This document shows positions 57,602-64,000 of a DNA stretch of 64,000 nucleotides, piece after piece (position 1 is the stretch's first letter; each line of letters opens with the position of its first letter). The notes below the pieces were generated by a model. It searched no databases. It was not told the DNA's origin and saw only the letters and a list, made by a program, of their open reading frames with translations. This DNA is from Bryobacterales bacterium (GTDB lineage Bacteria; Acidobacteriota; Terriglobia; Bryobacterales; UBA6623): the NCBI GenBank assembly GCA_965238045.1, contig CBDEGU010000011.1, forward strand, positions 640,402 through 704,401, read 5' to 3'. The translations under genes were made by a program, and so were the position numbers.

Positions 57602-59101
57602 ATGTATCGCGTGGAGCTATACGCTCAAGTACGGCGCAGTGTCTTTGTCGAAGGTCTGAGTGAACGCGAGGCCGCCAAACGGTTTGACTTGGCGCGAGGG
57701 ACGGTGCGCAAGATGTTGCGCTACGCCACTCCACCAGGCTATCGGCGGCGCCAACCAGCGAGGAGACCGAAGCTGGATCCCTTCGCCGGAATCGTCGATC
57801 AGCTCCTCATCGACGATCAGGAACGCCTGAAGAAGCAACGCCACACTGCGAAACGCATCTTCGACCGCTTGCGCGACGAGTACGATTTCACCGGCGGCTA
57901 TACGATCGTCAAGGATTACGTTCGCGACAAGAAGCTGGGCGGGCAAGAGATGTTCGTGCCGCTGGTGCATCCGCCGGGCGATGCCCAGGCCGACTTCGGC
58001 GAAGCACTGGTGGTCATTGACGGCGTACAGCGCAAGGCGCACTACTTGGTTGTCGATCTGCCGCACAGCGATGACGCTTTCGTAAAAGCTTTCCCCGCCG
58101 AGACGACGGAAGCCTTTTGCGAAGGGCACAACGCAGCGTTCCGGTACTTCGGCGGCGTGCCACGCAGCATCCTCTACGACAACACGACCTTGGCGGTGGC
58201 GAGGATCCTGGGCGACGGCAGGCGCAAGCGGACCAGGGTGTTCAGCGAGTTGCAGTCGCACTATTTATTCGCCGATCGTTTCGGGCGGCCGGGCAAGGGC
58301 AACGACAAAGGAAAGGTGGAAGGGCTGGTCGGTTATGCACGGCGGAATTTCATGGTGCCGATCCCGAGGTTTCCAAGCTGGGAAGCGTTCAACCAGAAGC
58401 TCGAAGCCCAGTGCCTCAACAATCGTGAGCGGCGCTTGCGGCGGCATACCGAAACGATTGATGAACGTTGCGAGCGTGACCGCCAAGCATTGCTGCCCTT
58501 GCCGCCCACGCCCTATGACGCCTGCGACAAACGCACCACGCGGGTTACATCGCTGTCATTGGTGCGCTATCGCACCAACGACTACTCGGTACCCACACGC
58601 TACGGACATCGCCAGGTGTTGCTGAAAGGCTACGTCGATGAAATCGTGATCTGTTGTGGCAGTGAAGAGATCGCGCGCCACCGGCGCAGTTACGAACGCG
58701 AAGAGTTGATCTTCGATCCGCTGCATTACCTGGCGCTGCTGGAACGCAAGACCAACGCGCTCGATCAAGCGGCCCCACTGGCGGGCTGGGAACTGCCCGA
58801 ACAGTTCGCGTGCTTGAGACGTTTACTCGAAGCGCGGTTGGGCAAGGAGGGCAAGCGCGAGTACGTGCAGGTATTGCGATTGCTGGAGGACTTCCGATTC
58901 GAGCACGTTGCCGCGGCGGTGCGCCAAGCCTGCGAGTTGGGAGCGATCGGCTTGGATGCTGTCAGGCACTTGGTGCTGTGCCGCATCGAGCAACGGCCGC
59001 CGCGCTTGGACCTGACGAAGTATCCGCATCTGCCGGCAGCCCAAGTGGAGCAAACCTCCGCCGCGGACTATCTGGCGCTGCTGGCGCAAGGAGGGGGATG
59101 A
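57602..59101 (+). CDS. istA: IS21-family transposase IstA
   Basis: N-terminal HTH (GLSEREAAKRFDLARGTVRKMLRY), DDE region (ADFGEALV...VDLPHSD...DNTTLAV) and typical ~500-aa length. The ATG at 57602 is preferred to the GTG at 57557. Confidence 0.88.
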   Translation: MYRVELYAQVRRSVFVEGLSEREAAKRFDLARGTVRKMLRYATPPGYRRRQPARRPKLDPFAGIVDQLLIDDQERLKKQRHTAKRIFDRLRDEYDFTGGYTIVKDYVRDKKLGGQEMFVPLVHPPGDAQADFGEALVVIDGVQRKAHYLVVDLPHSDDAFVKAFPAETTEAFCEGHNAAFRYFGGVPRSILYDNTTLAVARILGDGRRKRTRVFSELQSHYLFADRFGRPGKGNDKGKVEGLVGYARRNFMVPIPRFPSWEAFNQKLEAQCLNNRERRLRRHTETIDERCERDRQALLPLPPTPYDACDKRTTRVTSLSLVRYRTNDYSVPTRYGHRQVLLKGYVDEIVICCGSEEIARHRRSYEREELIFDPLHYLALLERKTNALDQAAPLAGWELPEQFACLRRLLEARLGKEGKREYVQVLRLLEDFRFEHVAAAVRQACELGAIGLDAVRHLVLCRIEQRPPRLDLTKYPHLPAAQVEQTSAADYLALLAQGGG

Positions 59102-59862
59102 TGGCGAGATCGAAACTTCTGCTCGAAGCGCATTTGAAAGCGTTGCGGCTGCCCACCTTCCTGCGAGAGTACGACAAGCTGGCGCGGCAATGCGCCGCCG
59201 AGAGCCTGGACTCGAGGAGCTTCCTGCAACAACTCTGCGAACTGGAACTGCTCGACCGTGAACAGCGGGCCGCCGAGCGTCGCATCAAGGCCGCGAAGTT
59301 TCCCGTGACCAAGAGTCTGGACACTTTCGACTTCCTGTCCCTGCCGGCGTTGAACAAGAAGCTGGTGTTGGAACTGGCGCGCTGCGAGTTCATCGACCGC
59401 CGCGAAAACGTGCTGGCACTGGGTAATTCCGGCACGGGCAAGACGCACATCGGCTTGGCGTTGGGACTGGCGGCTTGTCAGCGCGGCTATCGAACACGCT
59501 TCACAACAGCGGCGGCACTGGTCAATGAGCTGCTCGAAGCCCGAGATGAACGGCGCTTGCTGCGGTGTCAAAAGCAGTTGGCCAAGCAGGATCTGCTGAT
59601 CGTCGATGAACTGGGCTACGTGCCGTTGTCGAAGACCGGAGCGGAGTTATTGTTCGAAGTGTTTTCCCAGCGCTATGAACAGGGTTCGACGCTGGTCACC
59701 TCAAACCTGCCGTTCAACGAATGGACAGAGGTCTTTGGCTCCGAGCGGCTGACGGGCGCCTTGCTGGATCGGCTCACGCACCACGTTCATATTCTGGAGA
59801 TGAACGGCGAAAGCTTCCGCCTCACCCAGAGCAAGAAGAAGCGGGCTCACTCTTCGGACTGA
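59098..59862 (+). CDS. istB: IS21-family helper ATPase IstB
   Basis: LKALRLPTFLREYDKLA...FPVTKSLDTFDF and Walker A GNSGTGKTHIGLALG, Walker B LLIVDELGY. The start overlaps the istA stop. Confidence 0.9.
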   Translation: MMARSKLLLEAHLKALRLPTFLREYDKLARQCAAESLDSRSFLQQLCELELLDREQRAAERRIKAAKFPVTKSLDTFDFLSLPALNKKLVLELARCEFIDRRENVLALGNSGTGKTHIGLALGLAACQRGYRTRFTTAAALVNELLEARDERRLLRCQKQLAKQDLLIVDELGYVPLSKTGAELLFEVFSQRYEQGSTLVTSNLPFNEWTEVFGSERLTGALLDRLTHHVHILEMNGESFRLTQSKKKRAHSSD

Positions 59863-60050
59863 CCCACCGGCCGCTCGCACGGTTTTCGTGAGACGGCTTC
59901 CACTACGCCTGGGCCGCCCTAAAGGGCGACCTCAGGCTCCGTTCCAGCCGTCCCACGAAAACCGCTAGCCCTTCACCAACTGGTCTACTTTTGCTCCGCC
60001 GAAGTGGTCCAATTTTACTCCGCCCTTGACAGAATACCCATCCCGTTCAT

Positions 60051-60329
60051 TTCCCGGCTTACCTATCTAGTGTGGAGCTAATCAAAGCGAGTTTTCAGCC
60101 CTACCCCACGATCATGAGTGCTGCGAATGAGTACACGAAGGCGATTGACAACTTATTTGGGATCTACGATCGGGTCCGCGATGTCCGCCTCGACGGAGGG
60201 CCTGAAACGTCAATCCACCCTGGGAGGGCTCGAACGGAGTTTGATGACGCAGGTGAGGAAGCCAAAAAGAAACGTGAAGCTCTTGTGGAGGTCATATCGG
60301 AAGTCGTTTATCGAGAGACCGACGGCTGA
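60051..60329 (+). pseudogene. Membrane-anchored hypothetical protein, 3' part (continuation of 56137..56445)
   Basis: Codons from 60051 (FPAYLSS-VELIKASFQ...) are in frame with the 5' part once the insertion and one TSD copy are removed. Includes track ORF 60072..60329. The reconstructed product is 195 aa. Confidence 0.6.
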
Positions 60330-60633
60330 CGACGTATCCAGCCGCCTACGGGCGTGTCCCCGCCAGATTTCCGAGAGGGGGAGGGCCTGGCTCTCCAGAA
60401 ACTGGAGGGCGACCCAGGTCACTAGAAACCCATCCCGCCGTTCTTCTGGATTCCTCAATCTGCTGGCGTGCCTGTTCCGCCGTCAGCAGAGAGACGGCGC
60501 GCCCATCCACCACACCCTCGACCGCTTCAGAGAGATAGTCTCTGTGTGCATTCAGACGCCGGGACGGCGCTTTTTCCCAACTGTTGGTGAACTCCGTGAG
60601 TGCGAGGATGACTCTGAGCAGCCCCGGGACACG

Positions 60634-61215
60634 ATGGACCCGGCGACCGCGAAGATTCTGGCGGATCCGGAGCAGACGGCTCGACTAGAGCAAGAGACCC
60701 AGGACTGGTTTAGGAATGAGATCCTGCCGATGTGCGAGGACAAGACGGTGATGCTCGGCGGCGAGAAGTCAGGTGCGCTGAGCGAATCAGCAGAAGGGAT
60801 CGAGACGACTATCCCGGCGATCGACCGGAGACTGGTACATGAAGATCGCGAGCGGTTGGCCGGCTCACATAACCGATATCTCTCCTTAACACCCCTGAAT
60901 AACCCTGTGCTGGGTTCTGTCGATGCTGCATCGAGTGATATTCAGCCGATGTTTGACGCCGCTTCTGAGGGCCCAGAGCTGTTCCAGAAGGGGCGTGCAA
61001 TGGCGCTTGCTAGCAAGACACTGGGCGAAACGGTTTGGTTCGTGGCCGACGAAGAGGACGCCCAGCTCTTGCGTGAACCGAGAGGCACTGTTTACACCGC
61101 ATCTGAGGCTGTATCCGTGGCCACCGTAGCCCGTCCGGAGACGATCGCCGAGATTCACCGATGGAAGCGTGCGCTCAACGCCACGATCACGGAGGCTCAC
61201 AAGCTTTCGGAGTGA
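60634..61215 (+). CDS. Hypothetical island protein (start uncertain)
   Basis: This is the C-terminal part of track ORF 60118..61215. The 5' part of that ORF overlaps the previous gene and is Arg-rich and poorly protein-like. The first ATG after that is at 60634 (MDPATAKILADPEQ...). Confidence 0.4.
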   Translation: MDPATAKILADPEQTARLEQETQDWFRNEILPMCEDKTVMLGGEKSGALSESAEGIETTIPAIDRRLVHEDRERLAGSHNRYLSLTPLNNPVLGSVDAASSDIQPMFDAASEGPELFQKGRAMALASKTLGETVWFVADEEDAQLLREPRGTVYTASEAVSVATVARPETIAEIHRWKRALNATITEAHKLSE

Positions 61216-61227
61216 ACCACGATTTCT

Positions 61228-61536
61228 ATGCACAGTCGTCACACCAGCCTCGAGCAGCGCCAACGCTGGATGCGCGAGCAGCAACCTACCCCTGTGCCCA
61301 ACGGTCTCGATTCGAACTCTAGCGGCAATCTGGTCGCATTCGAGCGGCACTATCGGGCAAGAGAACTCGCGGAGATTTGGAGTCTCGACGAGAGCACTGT
61401 CCACCGGCTTTTCCAGGACGAGCCCGGCGTGCTGAAGATCGGCCGCTCCGGGCACCGTGATGGTAAACGGGACTACACTTCGCTGCGCATACCAGAGTCG
61501 GTGGCCGTGCGAGTTCATCAAGAGAGGTCTCGGTGA
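61228..61536 (+). CDS. Excisionase-like helix-turn-helix DNA-binding protein
   Basis: YRARELAEIWSLDESTVHRLFQDEPGVLKI...YTSLRIPESVAVRVHQE matches the excisionase/HTH_17 pattern. Its stop overlaps the integrase start (4 nt). Confidence 0.6.
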   Translation: MHSRHTSLEQRQRWMREQQPTPVPNGLDSNSSGNLVAFERHYRARELAEIWSLDESTVHRLFQDEPGVLKIGRSGHRDGKRDYTSLRIPESVAVRVHQERSR

Positions 61537-62702
61537 CAAGTCGCACTGAGGTCGATCGATCCCGTAAGATATTCGGCATGTTGAATCTCTCGCGGCGTCA
61601 CACACCGAAATGCCCGCATCGCAAGAAGGGCCGAGCCCACATCAAGTGTAAATGTCCGATCTGGGTTGACGGGGAGCTGCATGGCAAGCGCTTTCGCCGC
61701 TCAACGGGGGTACGGGACTGGCAGCGTGCGCTGCGGAAGGTCGCTGCCTGGGAAAACCATGACGGTCCGAGGCCAAAGCGGGTGTGCGAAGCTCTGGAAG
61801 CTTTCTTGCGTAGTTGCCGGGATCTCGCGTCAGCTTCGGAACGAAAGTATCGAAACGTGTGCAACCAATTTCAGCGGTTTTGCGAAAGCCAGACTATCAC
61901 TACGCTCGCTGAACTGACAGTAGAGGATCTCGATCTCTACTGTGCCAGTCGCGAACTGAGTCCGTTGAGTTCCCAGAAAGAACTTCAGACCCTCCGCCAG
62001 ATCTACAGCTTCTGGATGGATCGTCGGTGGATCGCGGACAACCACGCACAGAAGATTAGACCACCAAGGGGTGCCAGACCCAGGCCGGTAGATCCATATA
62101 CACCTGCCGAAGTCAGTCAACTTATCACCGCGTGTGACAAGATCGGTCGGCAGAACTACGAGCGTTTGCGTGCTCGGGCGATGGTACTAATGATGCGATA
62201 CACGGGCCTGCGGATCTCTGACGTGATCACACTTTCCCGCGATCGTGTCAGAGACGGTTATCTCCAGCTCCACACGCAAAAAACGGGTGGACACGTGCTG
62301 TTGCCGATGCCATCCGACTTGCGGGAAGCTCTGGAGACACTGCCAATCCCCAAGGGAGCCGACCGCGGGTGTCCGTTTTTCTTTTGGAACGGAAAGACGT
62401 CACGTCGCCAAGTTGTGACGATGGCACACAAGAGTCTTGACTCCGTCTTCCGCAGAGCAGGTGTCGAGAATGCTCGATCCCATCGGTTCCGACATACGCT
62501 TGCCACCGAGATTCTCACCAAGGGAGGAACCGAGCAGGACGTCGCGGACATTCTCGGAATTAGCCCAGCGATCGTACGAAAACACTATGCGAAGTGGAGC
62601 CTTGGCAGACAGAAGCGGGTGATCAACATCATGCGTGCTGTGCACGGTACTCGCGGCTACGAGGAGTTTCAGGAACTGCCCACGTCTGCTCAAATCCAAT
62701 AA
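61533..62702 (+). CDS. int: Tyrosine recombinase/integrase adjacent to tRNA-Ser
   Basis: RYTGLRISDVITL (Arg), HRFRHTLATE (HxxR) and VRKHYAKW (Tyr). The stop lies 69 bp from the 3' end of tRNA-Ser. Confidence 0.85.
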   Translation: MTSRTEVDRSRKIFGMLNLSRRHTPKCPHRKKGRAHIKCKCPIWVDGELHGKRFRRSTGVRDWQRALRKVAAWENHDGPRPKRVCEALEAFLRSCRDLASASERKYRNVCNQFQRFCESQTITTLAELTVEDLDLYCASRELSPLSSQKELQTLRQIYSFWMDRRWIADNHAQKIRPPRGARPRPVDPYTPAEVSQLITACDKIGRQNYERLRARAMVLMMRYTGLRISDVITLSRDRVRDGYLQLHTQKTGGHVLLPMPSDLREALETLPIPKGADRGCPFFFWNGKTSRRQVVTMAHKSLDSVFRRAGVENARSHRFRHTLATEILTKGGTEQDVADILGISPAIVRKHYAKWSLGRQKRVINIMRAVHGTRGYEEFQELPTSAQIQ

Positions 62703-62770
62703 TACGTGGCACGAATTTGGCACACAGACTGACGGGCGTTCGTAACTTACTGATTCTAAAGGTAAACCAG

Positions 62771-62860
62771 TGGCGGAGAGAGAGGGATTCGAACCCTCGG
62801 TAGAGTTACCCCTACACACGCTTTCCAAGCGTGCGCCTTCAGCCGCTCGGCCATCTCTCC
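62771..62860 (-). tRNA. tRNA-Ser (anticodon GGA)
   Basis: The minus strand reads GGAGAGA-TG-GCCGAGCGGCTGAAGGCG-CACGC-TTGGAAA-GCGTG-long variable arm-GAGGG-TTCGAAT-CCCTC-TCTCTCC-G-CCA. This is a full cloverleaf with a class II variable arm. Confidence 0.9.
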
Positions 62861-62970
62861 GTCTAGGGTGGGCGCTGCTGGCGGACATGCGCCGGCACGC
62901 ATCTTAGCTCATTGTAGTTCCTGCCGCCGGCACGGAGCAAACCGGCGGCAAGCGGCTGACCACGCGGGGT

Positions 62971-64000
62971 CTATTTCGGCATCTTCGCGTTGCGCCAATC
63001 GTCGGTGCGAAAGGCGCTGGCCGGAAGGTCGCTTCGATTGTTGAGATTGCCCGCCGGATCGTTTTCCCAGTTGTAGCGGAGGGCGGCCGGCTCGGCGACG
63101 TTGGAACTCGATACCACGACCGTGTCGCCGTCCATTCGCGCTTGGGCGGCGACGAAGGTGCGGTCGGATCCGCTAATCGTAAACCCGCTCAGGGCTCCGC
63201 CGCCGCCCGATTTCAATCCGCCGCCGAGGTGCTCGAACCAGACGCGCAAGGCGCCACGCTCGGCGGTTACCTGGCGATAGATCGGTCCAGACGATACGAT
63301 GTCATGACCATAAGCGACGGCCCGGGCCGCCAGCGCCAAGCGCGCACCGACGTCCTGCTTGTTTCGCGGATGAATGTCATTGCTTTCACCGATATCGGTG
63401 GTCACGGCCATGCCGGTGCTCCGCAATCCTAGCGTCATCATCTGGGCTTCGCGCAACTGCGGCCACTGGGCGGTTTCAGACACCTTGGCGTAATTGGCGA
63501 GTTGGACGAACAGAAACGGAAACGCACCCTGTCCCCAGGCGCGCCGCCAGTCTTGGATCAAGGCCGGAAAGAGCCTGCGATAGAGGCGCCCGCCCGCCCG
63601 GCCCGCGTCGGTCTCGCCTTGGTACCAGATGACGCCCCGAATGGCGAACGGCGTCAGCGGGGCAATCATGGCATTGTAGAGCCCCGACGGGCTGTGCGGA
63701 TGCCCCGGGCCGAGCGGGGACCGCGGTCCTCGCCCGGTTGCGGCGCCCGAACCCTTGGCGGCCTCCCACTTGGCGAGCTGCTTCTCATATTCGAGCTGCT
63801 TGGCTGGGTAGTCCGCCAGTATCGTCGCCCAGGCATCGAAGACAGGACGCAGCGCCGGGTCGTTGGCGAGCGCGGAGTGGCTGGTCCAGGACTGTGCCGG
63901 GGTTCCTCCCCAGGCCGACTGAATGATGCCGAACGGCGCACCGAGTTCCTTGTGCAGCCGCCGCGCGAAAAAATAGGCGACGGCGGAAAAGGACGGCGCG
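62971..64000 (-). CDS. Sialate O-acetylesterase-like SGNH/DUF303 carbohydrate esterase (5' end outside window)
   Basis: The frame is continuous beyond the track ORF start: ...SAVAYFFARRLHKELGAPFGIIQSAWGGTPAQSW...IRGVIWYQGETD...FLFVQLANY. These are typical sialate 9-O-acetylesterase family motifs. Confidence 0.8.
   Translation of the reverse strand, partial: APSFSAVAYFFARRLHKELGAPFGIIQSAWGGTPAQSWTSHSALANDPALRPVFDAWATILADYPAKQLEYEKQLAKWEAAKGSGAATGRGPRSPLGPGHPHSPSGLYNAMIAPLTPFAIRGVIWYQGETDAGRAGGRLYRRLFPALIQDWRRAWGQGAFPFLFVQLANYAKVSETAQWPQLREAQMMTLGLRSTGMAVTTDIGESNDIHPRNKQDVGARLALAARAVAYGHDIVSSGPIYRQVTAERGALRVWFEHLGGGLKSGGGGALSGFTISGSDRTFVAAQARMDGDTVVVSSSNVAEPAALRYNWENDPAGNLNNRSDLPASAFRTDDWRNAKMPK

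Larger units (their letters stand above)
57478..60031 (+). mobile_element. IS21-family insertion sequence (2554 bp) inserted into the right inverted repeat of IS1595 copy 3; 6-bp TSD GAATAC
   Basis: Ends TGAGAACGGCGGAGCGAAACTAGACCA (left) and TGGTCCAATTTTACTCCGCCCTTGACA (right) are imperfect inverted repeats. Subterminal GGCGGAG(T/C)AAAAGTAGACC repeats are present at both ends. GAATAC occurs at 57472-57477 and 60032-60037. Carries an istA-istB gene pair. Confidence 0.88.
56446..60042 (+). mobile_element. IS1595-family insertion sequence, copy 3 (1037 bp of IS1595 sequence) carrying a nested IS21-family element; 8-bp TSD CCGTTCAT
   Basis: Left inverted repeat GATGGGTATTTACTTGACTCAGGT at 56446. 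The right inverted repeat is split: ...ACCTGAGTCAAGTGAATAC ends at 57477 and resumes as GAATACCCATC at 60032-60042. CCGTTCAT occurs at 56438-56445 and 60043-60050. Confidence 0.9.

Noticed and set aside
60349-60684. Minus-strand frame reading ...LTEFTNSWEKAPSRRLNAHRDYLSEAVEGVVDGRAVSLLTAEQARQQIEESRRTAGW..., which looks protein-like (antitoxin-like)
   Set aside because: It has no ATG and no upstream GTG/TTG start before a stop at 60685-60687. It is exactly antisense-in-register to the plus-strand ORF. It also has lower third-position GC (about 59% vs 70% by hand count). At most it is a pseudogene.

Overview
High-GC (about 60% by eye) bacterial chromosomal segment. The gene content (DUF1552/DUF1592 pair, PQQ and FG-GAP beta-propellers, Tat-signal enzymes, M36-LamG protease) suggests an Acidobacteriota (Solibacter/Bryobacter-like) or Planctomycetota-type soil organism, but the taxon cannot be proven from sequence alone. 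The core backbone carries def-fmt-argJ, a PFK, a two-component pair, alr, a Tex-like protein, pckA, a Wza-like exporter and many secreted enzymes. Mobile DNA is layered over this backbone. (1) There are three IS1595-family copies. One is intact but lacks a target-site duplication (TSD) and joins a truncated core gene to an orphan phage-tail module. One has a 47-bp internal deletion. One is intact but has an IS21-family element nested in its terminal inverted repeat. (2) A 1.75-kb IS1380-family element has an in-frame TAG in its transposase. Three 176-bp MITEs share its termini and its TTAG-type flanks. (3) An IS630 remnant is present. (4) A roughly 13-kb, visibly lower-GC island at 49.4-62.8 kb is bounded by a 3' half of tRNA-His and an intact tRNA-Ser(GGA). 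It carries three tyrosine recombinases, two excisionase/AlpA-like HTH genes, a RepA/AAA_25-like ATPase followed by an AT-rich iteron cluster, and several unknown genes. This looks like tandem accretion of related integrative elements, one with phage-satellite (PICI/P4-like) architecture. Several genes are decayed by in-frame stops, frameshifts or IS truncation. No CRISPR arrays or rRNA genes were seen. All homology calls come from motif recognition by eye; no database search was run.
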